NCBI GenBank assembly: GCA_963667005.1 | Contig: OY762937.1 | Span: 1,689,279 to 1,753,278 of the forward strand | DNA length: 64,000 bases | Direction: 5' to 3' | From: Ignavibacteriaceae bacterium | Lineage (GTDB): Bacteria > Bacteroidota > Ignavibacteria > Ignavibacteriales > Ignavibacteriaceae | Part shown: positions 46,338 through 55,690 of the stretch, in pieces | Numbering within the stretch: the stretch's first letter is position 1 | Layout: the number at the start of each line of letters is the position of its first letter | Program-made: the position numbers and the translations under genes | The notes under the pieces: model-generated | Databases searched by the model: none | Told to the model about the DNA's origin: nothing | Seen by the model: only the letters and a program-made list of their open reading frames with translations

Positions 46338-46362
46338 AAGCCGGCTGTATGCCGGCTTTTTT
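46338..46362 (+). terminator. Rho-independent terminator
   Basis: AAAGCCGGC-tgtat-GCCGGCTTT followed by TTT, 6 nt after the fcl stop. Confidence 0.8.
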
Positions 46363-46369
46363 GTGATAC

Positions 46370-46498
46370 GTAGAGACGCTCTGCGAGCGTCTCACGCAGT
46401 GTGAGGCCAAATGCAAAATCAAGCCGAAGTTTATGTGCTCTTTTGCTCAATATGAATATTTTGTCGTTTAGGAGGAGACGGTCGCAGACCGTCTCTAC
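46370..46498. repeat. MITE-like element bounded by GTAGAGACG...CGTCTCTAC
   Basis: The terminal hairpins are GAGACGC-tctgcga-GCGTCTC (46373-46393) and GAGACGG-tcgcaga-CCGTCTC (46475-46495). The outer 9-nt ends are mutually inverted. Confidence 0.5.
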
Positions 46499-46530
46499 AT
46501 CTGCATAGCTATTGTAGATAATGTCGAACG

Positions 46531-47019
46531 TTATTGGATTACAATATACCTTTTCATCTTTTCGAATTTCTTTTCCCCGATTCCTTTTACGTCCATAATC
46601 TGTTCAAGGCTTTTAAACGAACCTATCTGATTTCTATATGCGATGATTTTTTCAGCAGTCTTTTCGCCAACACCGGGCAGGAGAGTAAGTTCTTTGATTG
46701 ATGCTTTATTAATGTTAATTGATTTTTCAGGTATGCTGCCTTTATGGGGAGATTCCCTTTTTACTGCTTCTAAACCGGAAATTGAATCAGCTGTTTTAAA
46801 TAAGCTGTCATGCTGAACGGGTAATGCCGTTGTATCTCCGAGAATCCGGAAAAACAAACTATCCTGTTTGCTATAGGTCTGGTGTTGATGTGAAGAGTCT
46901 GTTGAGGTTGCTGTTTTGTAAACCGCCCCGGCGGCGATAAGTACCACGAAAAATAAAATCACTTTTATTTCTTCACTCGTAAATCCGTACTTATCCGCCA
47001 GACGATTGATAAATTTCAT
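46531..47019 (-). CDS. comEA: ComEA-family helix-hairpin-helix DNA-binding protein
   Basis: 162 aa with an N-terminal TM helix and a C-terminal tandem HhH (INKASIKELTLLPGVGEKTAEKIIAYR...VKGIGEKKFEKMK). Confidence 0.8.
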   Translation of the reverse strand: MKFINRLADKYGFTSEEIKVILFFVVLIAAGAVYKTATSTDSSHQHQTYSKQDSLFFRILGDTTALPVQHDSLFKTADSISGLEAVKRESPHKGSIPEKSININKASIKELTLLPGVGEKTAEKIIAYRNQIGSFKSLEQIMDVKGIGEKKFEKMKRYIVIQ

Positions 47020-47039
47020 AACTCCCCCGAAAAAATTTT

Positions 47040-48191
47040 TTATTTTGTAAAGCGGTTGAAGAATCCGCTTTCATCCGAATCCCGGTTCGGATTGATATTC
47101 GGCTGATTCAACAATTCTTTCAGTATCTCTTTTTCTTTAGCATTGACCTTTTTAGGTACGATAACGTTAATCCGGACGAGTTCATCACCTGCGCCATGTC
47201 TGTTCAGGTGCTGCACGCCTTTTTCCCGCATACGTAACAATTTACCCGGTTGGGTGCCTGCATCTATCTTTAAGCGGGCTTTACCGGTCAACGTCGGGAC
47301 TTCATATTCCGCACCGAGAACGATGTCGGGGAAGCTTACATACAATTCGTAAAGTATGTCGTCACCCTCACGCTTGAAATATTCGTGCGGTACTTCCTGG
47401 AAAATGACAATAATGTCACCGGGCGCTCCGGTCCTTTGCCCCGCGTTACCTTCGCCGCGGAGAGTCATGTAGCTTCCTTCGCTCACTCCTGCAGGCACAT
47501 TGATTTTAACCGTTGCTTCGTCCTGCACACGACCGCTGCCCTGGCATTTACGGCAAGGCTTATCTACAATTGAACCCTCACCACCACAGGTCGAGCATGG
47601 TTGAATGTTTACAAATTGTCCGAATACCGAGCGCGATACCTGACGCACTTCGCCGCTACCTTTACAGGTAGGACAAGTTTTCAGTGCGGCACCACCTTCG
47701 GAACCGCTGCCGCTGCAGCTATCACACTTAACATGTTTTCTGATTTTAACTTTTTTTGTCGTGCCGGTAGCAATTTCTTCCAGAGTCAATTTAAGCGTAA
47801 CGCGCAAATCAGATCCGGGAGTTCCGGCGCCGCGTCTTCCTCTACCGCGTTGTGTAGAACCGCCGCCGAAGATATCGTCAAAGATTGATCCGCCGCCGCC
47901 GAAGATATCGGAGAACTGGGAGAAAATGTCGTTCATATTTGAGTAACCGTGATAATCCTGTCCTCCGCGTAAGCCGCTATGACCGTAACGGTCGTATTTA
48001 GCGCGCTTTTCGTCATCACTCAAAACTTCATACGCTTCGGACGCTTCTTTGAATCTATCTTCCGCTTCCTTATTGTCAGGGTTGCGGTCGGGATGATTAT
48101 CCATCGCGATTTTTCTATACGCCTTCTTTATTTCGTCCTTGGAAGCAGATTTTGATACGCCAAGTACCTCGTAATAATCACGTTTATCCAT
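47040..48191 (-). CDS. dnaJ: Molecular chaperone DnaJ
   Basis: 383 aa with a J domain (YYEVLGV...HPD), a G/F region and four CxxCxGxG zinc-finger repeats. Confidence 0.95.
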   Translation of the reverse strand: MDKRDYYEVLGVSKSASKDEIKKAYRKIAMDNHPDRNPDNKEAEDRFKEASEAYEVLSDDEKRAKYDRYGHSGLRGGQDYHGYSNMNDIFSQFSDIFGGGGSIFDDIFGGGSTQRGRGRRGAGTPGSDLRVTLKLTLEEIATGTTKKVKIRKHVKCDSCSGSGSEGGAALKTCPTCKGSGEVRQVSRSVFGQFVNIQPCSTCGGEGSIVDKPCRKCQGSGRVQDEATVKINVPAGVSEGSYMTLRGEGNAGQRTGAPGDIIVIFQEVPHEYFKREGDDILYELYVSFPDIVLGAEYEVPTLTGKARLKIDAGTQPGKLLRMREKGVQHLNRHGAGDELVRINVIVPKKVNAKEKEILKELLNQPNINPNRDSDESGFFNRFTK

Positions 48192-48194
48192 AAC

Positions 48195-48824
48195 TTATTC
48201 CTTGCTTCCTTCATTCTGCGTATCAGCCGGTGTTTCTTCAGACTCCGCTGAAACAATTACCTGCGCATGACGCAATACTTTGTCTTTATATAAATATCCC
48301 GGAAGGACCTCCTGCAAAACCGTGTTTGGTGCTGCTTCAGCCGAAGGCATCTGCATGAGAGCATCATGAAATGCTACATTAAAAGCTGTTCCGACAGACT
48401 GCATTTTTGTAATGCCCTGGTTGTTTAGGATTTTTACAAACTTATCATAAATCATCTGAACGCCTTGAACAAACGTTTTTATGTCGGCAGTATCATCTGC
48501 GTGCTGCAATGATCTTTCCAGATCGTCAACAACGGGCAGTATTTTTACCGCGAGCTGTTCACCGGCATAGCGGAATAAATTCTGCTGTTCCTGTTCCGTT
48601 CTTCTCTTATAATTATCAAATTCAGCAACCTTACGGATGAACTTGTCTTTCATTTCATCTCGCTCAGCTTCAAGTTTCTCTATGGTAGCTTTTAATTCTT
48701 TTTTTGTACGTAGCATTTCGTCTTCTTGTTCATTAGCTGCGGGAGCGGTTTCTTCCTGTGCTTCAGTTTTCTGCTCCTCGGGTTGTTGTAGTTCTTCTTT
48801 CATTTCTTCGTTATTTGTTTCCAT
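48195..48824 (-). CDS. grpE: Nucleotide exchange factor GrpE
   Basis: 209 aa with an acidic N-terminus, a coiled coil and the core KFIRKVAEFDNYKRR...VLPGYLYKDKVLRHAQV. Confidence 0.9.
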   Translation of the reverse strand: METNNEEMKEELQQPEEQKTEAQEETAPAANEQEDEMLRTKKELKATIEKLEAERDEMKDKFIRKVAEFDNYKRRTEQEQQNLFRYAGEQLAVKILPVVDDLERSLQHADDTADIKTFVQGVQMIYDKFVKILNNQGITKMQSVGTAFNVAFHDALMQMPSAEAAPNTVLQEVLPGYLYKDKVLRHAQVIVSAESEETPADTQNEGSKE

Positions 48825-48831
48825 ATATCAC

Positions 48832-49875
48832 CTATTTATTCGTTAATATCTGTGTCAGCATCGTCGCTACATAATCAACTATGGCAACAATCTTATCATA
48901 TTCCATTCGCTTGGGACCGACGACTCCCAGAGTTCCCTTAACATCGCCGACTTCATACTCCTTTGTTACGAGACTGAAATCACCCAACTCGGGTATCACA
49001 TTCTCGGAGCCGATAGTGACCGCGACATTATTCTGTGCTGCTGATACGGATTTTTCAAAAACGTGTATTATTATATCTTTATCTTCAATTAACTGAACGA
49101 CACTCTGGAAACGATCAGGATTTTCAAACTCCGGCTGCTTTAAAAGCTGTCCGGCACCTGAAATGATTGCTTTATCGTTTGAGCGTGCGTCTGCAAAAAT
49201 CTTATCTACCGAATCAAAGAAAATAGACAGTATCGGATGCAGTTCATCCGTAAAATCTTTCATCCTGTCATGGAACGTATTCCGGATTTCACTCAACGCC
49301 AGTCCGGAAAGCCGTTCGTTCAAGAGTTCCTGCACTCTGTTTATCTGCGACTCGTTAATCTCAACATTAATTTCGATGGTAATTGTCTTAACCATTCCTG
49401 ACGAAATACTGATAACCACCAGCATTCTTGTCGAACTCAGCCAGACAAGCTGAATCTTTTCTAAAATTCCGCTATCCAATTTTGGATAGAGCACACAAGC
49501 GAGTTGATGCGTAATGCTGCTGAGAATTCTCGAAACCAAGGAAAGCAGCTCATCCGGCTGACTCTGCCGCAAGGCGTCCAGCTGTGATGATATTGCGCGA
49601 GTATCAAACCCAAGCGGGTCAATCTGCATCAGCGAATCAACGTAAAAGCGGTATCCTTTGTCCGTAGGAACGCGGCCCGCTGAAGTATGCGGATGATTGA
49701 TAAAGCCCGAGTCTTCAAGATCGGACATAATATTGCGAACGGTTGCAGGGGAGAAATTCAGGTCATATCTCTTGGCCATATTTCTCGACCCGACCGGAGA
49801 GGCAGTCAGAATGAACTGCTGGACAATGTACCGGAGTACATTCCTTTCCCGTTCTGTCAATTTTTCGTCAAACAT
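48832..49875 (-). CDS. hrcA: Heat-inducible transcription repressor HrcA
   Basis: 347 aa. LTERERNVLRYIVQQFILTASPVGSR...PATVRNIMSDLEDSGFINHPHTSAGRVPTDKGYRFYVD is the canonical HrcA N-terminus. Confidence 0.9.
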   Translation of the reverse strand: MFDEKLTERERNVLRYIVQQFILTASPVGSRNMAKRYDLNFSPATVRNIMSDLEDSGFINHPHTSAGRVPTDKGYRFYVDSLMQIDPLGFDTRAISSQLDALRQSQPDELLSLVSRILSSITHQLACVLYPKLDSGILEKIQLVWLSSTRMLVVISISSGMVKTITIEINVEINESQINRVQELLNERLSGLALSEIRNTFHDRMKDFTDELHPILSIFFDSVDKIFADARSNDKAIISGAGQLLKQPEFENPDRFQSVVQLIEDKDIIIHVFEKSVSAAQNNVAVTIGSENVIPELGDFSLVTKEYEVGDVKGTLGVVGPKRMEYDKIVAIVDYVATMLTQILTNK

Positions 49876-49961
49876 CCAAAAAAATCTTTCTTTAACCTTG
49901 AAATATAAGGAAAAATGGAGACATTTTCCTGTCCATAAACCATGGGGATTAGCATAGAGTT

Positions 49962-50186
49962 CCTAGCCCATGGCTTAAGCCATGGGTTAGGAAGAAGAAA
50001 AATGGAGGATATGGTTCCGGAGAAGTATCGGCATGATGTATAATCATAGAATTAACCACGGTCTTTAGACCGTGGAGAGGCAGCCCCACCTGTGACGGAC
50101 TTTAGTCCAATAGCCTGATCATAATTGGGCTAAAGCCCAGGTTTACTGCCGGCACGGAGTTCACGGCGCTAAAGCACCGTGTTAAT
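49962..50186. repeat. Hairpin-module array (copy B of the family at 15259-15509)
   Basis: CCTAGCCCATGGC-ttaa-GCCATGGGTTAGG lies at 49962-49991. The core 50051-50186, ATTAACCACGGTCTTTAGACCGTGGA...GGACTTTAGTCC...TGGGCTAAAGCCCA...CACGGCGCTAAAGCACCGTGTTAAT, is collinear with 15331-15462. Confidence 0.7.
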
Positions 50187-50214
50187 GAAGTGCACTAATG
50201 CGATTTCTTAGATT

Positions 50215-53200
50215 CTAGAAATCCGTACCTAACGAGAAGTAATAAACCGGCTGTGAAAATCTGTTAAAATCGTATTTCCAGGCAACGTCAAACCGGAGCA
50301 GGAAGTAGAGGAAATACATACGCGCGCCGACACCGGTTCCCATGAGAAGGTCCTTGGTCATCAGCCCTTTTTCAGGGTCCTTCTTAAATAATTGCAGGTT
50401 ACGGTACTCGTTATTTAAACTGTAACCCCAAGCCGACCCGGCATCTACGAAAGCAACACCCAGAATATTCCGGAATTGCAAGGGTAGTCCGGATAGCAGA
50501 TAGCGGATAAGCGGAAATCTGAATTCGAAATTGGTTATGCCGTACATCGAACCGCTTTGTTCAGCATAATTATAACCGCGTAACGGAAGTACAGCGGTCA
50601 TAAATGCAAAATTTGAAGTTGAGTTTACCGGTACGTCAAGTGTGGCAAAACGGCGATTAATCCAGTTTTCAATACCTCCGATAAAAAACTTCTGGCGATT
50701 GATAACACTGCCGCCTGAATATCCGCCGGAGAATTTTATAGCAAACGAGTAATCGTACCAGAAGCGGAGATAGGTGCGGTAATCGCCAAGAACCGAGAAA
50801 AATGTTTGATCGTTATACGGATCTTTGCTGTAATGCAATGGATTCCCCAGGACATCAAAACGGTAACGCGTACCTTCGATTGGTGACGTATAACCGAAAA
50901 TTGTGTTGTCATGTACAAAGGCGGCATTCGGCATCAGATATGTTGCTTTACCAAAACCGTCATCAGGTACATCCAGATTATCAGCAGTAACATTTAGGAA
51001 GCTTAAGCCGAAATCGAATCTGTAAAAACGGTTGATCGGGTAGCTGAAGGATAATACACCGCCGTAATTTCTAAAGCGGAAGAGATTGGAATATCCATCC
51101 CTGTCGAGATATACGAAACGGGCAAGATGAAAAGTCTCAATACCGACATTCAGGCGTCCCGGTAAATAGTAATATGCCAATCCGTAATCACTGTTTTTCA
51201 AATCAATTTGCAGGCTCGTTTGAGCAACGATTCGGTGATTACCAAGAATATCACTGAATGACAAAACCGTTGTTCCTTCAAGTCCGTAGAGCGTACTGAA
51301 TCCAGCATTTGCATACACGATATCTGTAGAGAAATTGACTTTATAACGGTTGACACGATAATTACCTGCCGTATCGAGATTATTGACAGGAGCGAATTTC
51401 ATTGTGTCTTTAGTGACTGTGCTCTTAAAATAATTAGTCTCGCCGAATACATAATTATCAAAATCAACCTTGGCTTTTTCAGAGCCGGTCTTTGTTGAAT
51501 CAACGTACTGTCCGGTAAAGAACGGTGAATCGTTATTCTTCAAGGTATCTGATTTTGTCGAAGCATCGGAGACCGGAGCAACAACTTCCTTTTTTGCGGG
51601 TTGCAATAATTCGCTGGTGTAGAGTGTCGGCTTGAGCGTGTCTTGTTTTAATTTCATCTCAAACGGATTTGTCATGAGAAACACGTCGTAAGCTGACTGA
51701 TACATTGAAGTGAAAACAATTTTCTTGCCATCAGCCGACGTGGACAGTTGATACAATCCATTGAGTGAATTGGTGATGGGAGTATAATTGCTGCTACTGT
51801 CGTTGTACACTGTGCCGTTCAGTGCAATTTTGAAAATATTGTTGATGCCATTCTTATCTGAGATGAACAGCAATTCTTTTCCATCGGGGCTGCAAACAGG
51901 TGATGCCTCATCATTATTGAGTGTTGCAGTAATCCGGCTGATAACCGAGGACTCAACATCAACCGCATAAATATCGTTCTGGTGATAATCATGCTTGGTC
52001 ATCTTAAATGTCTGGTCTTTTGTATCAAGTTTATCGCCTCTGTCGGAAACAAAATAAATTGTTTTACCATCAGGGGACCACGTTGGATCCGAATCAGTAA
52101 AAACATCTTCGGTTAGGTTTTTGATTTTCTTTGTTTGAAAATCATAGATAAAAATATCGGACTGCACGGCGCTTTGCCCGGCAAACGCGAGTCTTTTACC
52201 ATCGGGTGACCAGCGCACCGTACCCATTCCGTAAAACGTATACGGCAGTACTTCAATGTCCTCAGATTCAACATCAATAATATAAATAACTTCTTCGCCG
52301 TTGCTCTTGGCACCTAATGCAATTTTAGTCCCATCGGGCGACCATGTGAGTCCCGGTGTAAGTATGTTTAATTCTTCAAAGTCGGCTGAGCGGTTACCTT
52401 TGATAACACGCTTGATTATTTTACCGTCCTGCGAGCTCATGATATATACATCAAAAAAGACATCACGATTAGAGATAAACGCGACCTTATCGCCTTTAGG
52501 AGAAATAGCAGGACTGGTATTGTAAAATCCGCCATCCTTTTTATGATTAGTCAACCTCTTCGCAAACTCATCCGGGTCCTGATAAAAGCTGACATCCGGC
52601 CAGAACCGTTTCTTTAAAAACTTTTTCCAGCGTTCACTCAATTCCTCAAGCTTTAAACCCAGAGCCGCATCAAGTCCTGCCTCAAAATTTCCTTTGCCTT
52701 TCATTCTGTTGACGAGCTCACCAATTTTTTCATCACCGTATTTTTGAGAGATATAATAGAATACCGATTGGCCGCCGCGGTATGCTGCATATCCGTTAAG
52801 ACCGTCAATATCCGGAAGATTATCATTCCCGATGGCATCACGGATGTACATATCGGTGTTCGAATCCCAACCTAATGAGAGATATTCTGCAAGTCCTTCG
52901 TTAAACCAGAGGGGGATTTGTATCTGTACATTGTTGGTAAGAATGTTTTGAATTGAGCCGCCGTAAAACATATCATTGATAACAGCGTGTACCAGTTCAT
53001 GATGAATAACATGCCGGAACATTTTATAATTACCGGTGAAGGGGAGAACTACACGGTTCTTGAACAACTCTGTAAAACCGCCGATGCCTTCAGATAAATA
53101 CTCATCGGTAACGTTGGTTTCCTGAAACTCGGCCTGCGAATTATAGATGATGAAAATAATGCGGTTGTTTATCGCGTAATTCAATTTACTTTGAATAGAG

Positions 53201-53418
53201 GTAAGAGCTTCCTCTGCTGCCGCTGCCGCAAACTCGGTAATCGGGCTGCCTTCCTGCGAGAAGTAAATATCAAAGTGTTTAGTCTGTATATAATACCACG
53301 TATGGTCTTTGTACTGGACTTTATTTTGTCCGAACTGTCCATACGCCGCCGCATTCATAATTATACATGAAATAAGAATTAAAAACGCGTTGTATAATCT
53401 GCGTGTTTTATGCTTCAT
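50215..53418 (-). CDS. Outer-membrane protein: HExxH metalloprotease-like domain + PD40/TolB-like propellers + C-terminal beta-barrel
   Basis: 1067 aa with a signal peptide. HHELVH (nt 52987-53004) is followed by WFNEGLAEY. There are multiple PD40 repeats (SPDGKRLAF, SPDGKTIYFVSDR, SPDGKELLFISDK). The C-terminal ~350 aa have alternating aromatic beta-strands and end ...YYFSLGTDF. Confidence 0.7.
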   Translation of the reverse strand: MKHKTRRLYNAFLILISCIIMNAAAYGQFGQNKVQYKDHTWYYIQTKHFDIYFSQEGSPITEFAAAAAEEALTSIQSKLNYAINNRIIFIIYNSQAEFQETNVTDEYLSEGIGGFTELFKNRVVLPFTGNYKMFRHVIHHELVHAVINDMFYGGSIQNILTNNVQIQIPLWFNEGLAEYLSLGWDSNTDMYIRDAIGNDNLPDIDGLNGYAAYRGGQSVFYYISQKYGDEKIGELVNRMKGKGNFEAGLDAALGLKLEELSERWKKFLKKRFWPDVSFYQDPDEFAKRLTNHKKDGGFYNTSPAISPKGDKVAFISNRDVFFDVYIMSSQDGKIIKRVIKGNRSADFEELNILTPGLTWSPDGTKIALGAKSNGEEVIYIIDVESEDIEVLPYTFYGMGTVRWSPDGKRLAFAGQSAVQSDIFIYDFQTKKIKNLTEDVFTDSDPTWSPDGKTIYFVSDRGDKLDTKDQTFKMTKHDYHQNDIYAVDVESSVISRITATLNNDEASPVCSPDGKELLFISDKNGINNIFKIALNGTVYNDSSSNYTPITNSLNGLYQLSTSADGKKIVFTSMYQSAYDVFLMTNPFEMKLKQDTLKPTLYTSELLQPAKKEVVAPVSDASTKSDTLKNNDSPFFTGQYVDSTKTGSEKAKVDFDNYVFGETNYFKSTVTKDTMKFAPVNNLDTAGNYRVNRYKVNFSTDIVYANAGFSTLYGLEGTTVLSFSDILGNHRIVAQTSLQIDLKNSDYGLAYYYLPGRLNVGIETFHLARFVYLDRDGYSNLFRFRNYGGVLSFSYPINRFYRFDFGLSFLNVTADNLDVPDDGFGKATYLMPNAAFVHDNTIFGYTSPIEGTRYRFDVLGNPLHYSKDPYNDQTFFSVLGDYRTYLRFWYDYSFAIKFSGGYSGGSVINRQKFFIGGIENWINRRFATLDVPVNSTSNFAFMTAVLPLRGYNYAEQSGSMYGITNFEFRFPLIRYLLSGLPLQFRNILGVAFVDAGSAWGYSLNNEYRNLQLFKKDPEKGLMTKDLLMGTGVGARMYFLYFLLRFDVAWKYDFNRFSQPVYYFSLGTDF

Positions 53419-53443
53419 GAGTCATCTCTATTGAGGTCAAAAA

Positions 53444-55558
53444 CTAATCCTCCTCAATAAGGAGGAAATCCATTTCTAATTTTGTCTCGTCTATCCGGAC
53501 CAATTTAACATTTACCTGATCGCCTAAGCGGTAAACTTTCCCGGTTCGCTTTCCTACTAAAGCGTACTTCTTTTCATCGTAGATGAAGTAGTCGCTCTGC
53601 ATGTCGCGCAACCGGATCAATCCTTCAGATAAATAATCAATAATTTCCACAAATATTCCAAAATTTGCAACACCTGAAATTACCGCTTTAAATTCATCGC
53701 CGATAAATTTACGCATGAATTGAATTTGCTTCATTTTGATTGATTGGCGCTCAGCTTCAACCGCATTCCGCTCGGTAAAGGAAATATGCTCGCAGAGTTC
53801 TTTCAATTCTTTCCATGAATACATTGGCTGCTTTTTACCCGATATAACGGCAAAAATAATACGGTGAACGAGCAGGTCGGAGTAGCGCCGGATAGGTGAA
53901 GTAAAGTGCGTGTAATATTGGAATCCTAAACCGTAATGCCCCAGATTATCAGGGGAGTAGATTGCTTTTGCCATAGTCCGTATGGCTATCTCGTTCACAA
54001 CCACTTCTTCCGGTTTGCCTTTTGTCGATTCAATGACCTCATTCAAAACTTTCGGCTTAATTGACTGAGGAGAAGGCAGATTCTTGTATCCGAGAGATTT
54101 GAGGAATATCATGAAATTCTTCAGTTTTTCCGCGTCCGGCTTGTCATGTATGCGGTATACGAAAGGCATCACTTCATTTTTATACATGACTTTCTGCATG
54201 TGCGTCGCAATAACTTTGTTGGCAAGGAGCATAAACTCTTCAACGAGGTTGTGACTATCGTCGGAAACATTTCTCACTATCTCTACCGGGAAATTATTTT
54301 CATCAAGAATGAATTTAATTTCCTGCGTTTCGAAATTGACGCTTCCCTCACGTGTTCTCTTTTTACGCATGACTAAGGCAAGCTTGTGCAGTTCCAAAAG
54401 TTGTTTTGCGTAATCGCCTTTTTTAGTTGTCAGGATGCCCAGGACTTCTTCGTAGGTAAAACGGCGCTTACTGTTGATAACGCTTTTCGCAATTTTATAG
54501 TCAACGATTTTTCCGCGTGGAGTAAGTTCAGTAAACACAGAAAAGGTCAGACGGTCAACATTCGGATTTAGTGAACAGACATCATTTGATAGAATCTCAG
54601 GAAGCATAGGAATAACTTTTCCGCATAAGTAGACGCTGTTGCCACGGGCAATAGCTTCCTCATCAAGCTTGCCGCCCTTCGGGATATAATGTCCTACATC
54701 CGCAATATGGACTCCGACTTCATAGTTGCCGTTCTCTAGTTTTTTTATTGAAAGGGCATCGTCAAAATCTCTTGCATCAACCGGATCAATGGTAACGACT
54801 ATTTCATTTCGCACATCAACACGGTTCTTCAATTCCTCTTCGGTGATTGTCAAATTCAATTGTCTGACTTCGTTCAGTACCGGTTCAGGGAAGGAGGATG
54901 GCAGGTTATACTCCGTCATAATGGAAATGTATTCCGTTTCGGGAGAATGCTTATCGGAAAATATCTTCGTTATTTTCCCTTCAGGTGCACGGTTCGGAGA
55001 ATCCCACTCGATTTCACTTACTAATACTTTGTCACCTTCTTTTGCACTGCCGACAGAATTTGGATCTATATAGATATCATTCTGAATTTCGCTTATGTCA
55101 GGAATAACATAGAAAGCAGATTTACTTCTTTTGAGTATTCCGGATACTGAAGACCATTTACGTTTTACAATATGGATAACTTCGCCGTCAAGATTTTTTG
55201 CACCCTTTTTCTGCTTGGCAAACAGGGCAACCTCAACGATGTCTCCGTGCATGGCAGTATTCAGATTACGGGAAGCAATGAAAACATCCGGAAGCTTTTT
55301 ATTGGTAGGCACCACAAAACCGAATCCTTGACGAGTAATCTCAAGGCGTCCGGAAATCTTCGCGGTATCATTATGTGTCTGGAGGGAATACCGTTTACCC
55401 AGCTTGGCAAGGACTTCTTCCTTTACCAAAGCGTGAAGCTGAGCCTTCATCTCGGCGATCTCAAAATCGTCAAAAAGTCCTAAAATTGCCGCTAATTGCT
55501 TCGATTTTATATTAGCGTGCGGATTTTTTCGAAAATACGCGATAATCTCTTTTTTCAT
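53444..55558 (-). CDS. rnr: Ribonuclease R
   Basis: 704 aa with N-terminal CSD-like regions, an RNB catalytic domain (DFDDALS...; HYGLGFQYYTHFTSPIRRYSDLLVHR) and a C-terminal S1 domain. Confidence 0.9.
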   Translation of the reverse strand: MKKEIIAYFRKNPHANIKSKQLAAILGLFDDFEIAEMKAQLHALVKEEVLAKLGKRYSLQTHNDTAKISGRLEITRQGFGFVVPTNKKLPDVFIASRNLNTAMHGDIVEVALFAKQKKGAKNLDGEVIHIVKRKWSSVSGILKRSKSAFYVIPDISEIQNDIYIDPNSVGSAKEGDKVLVSEIEWDSPNRAPEGKITKIFSDKHSPETEYISIMTEYNLPSSFPEPVLNEVRQLNLTITEEELKNRVDVRNEIVVTIDPVDARDFDDALSIKKLENGNYEVGVHIADVGHYIPKGGKLDEEAIARGNSVYLCGKVIPMLPEILSNDVCSLNPNVDRLTFSVFTELTPRGKIVDYKIAKSVINSKRRFTYEEVLGILTTKKGDYAKQLLELHKLALVMRKKRTREGSVNFETQEIKFILDENNFPVEIVRNVSDDSHNLVEEFMLLANKVIATHMQKVMYKNEVMPFVYRIHDKPDAEKLKNFMIFLKSLGYKNLPSPQSIKPKVLNEVIESTKGKPEEVVVNEIAIRTMAKAIYSPDNLGHYGLGFQYYTHFTSPIRRYSDLLVHRIIFAVISGKKQPMYSWKELKELCEHISFTERNAVEAERQSIKMKQIQFMRKFIGDEFKAVISGVANFGIFVEIIDYLSEGLIRLRDMQSDYFIYDEKKYALVGKRTGKVYRLGDQVNVKLVRIDETKLEMDFLLIEED

Positions 55559-55690
55559 ACATTTCTCATAATATAAGTTAGACGGTCATACCGCCCGCAA
55601 AGTTTAATTTCTACAGGCTATAAGTTATGAATTATAATCCATAAAGTTTTTATAAAAAATAAATGTTTTGTATATTTGTAGTCCAAATTT

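Noticed and set aside
50169-50198. CIRCE-like sequence CTAAAGCACC...AGTGCACTAA.
   Set aside because: Each half-site needs an insertion to match TTAGCACTC/GAGTGCTAA. It is ~300 nt from hrcA and is explained as one stem of the repeat element.
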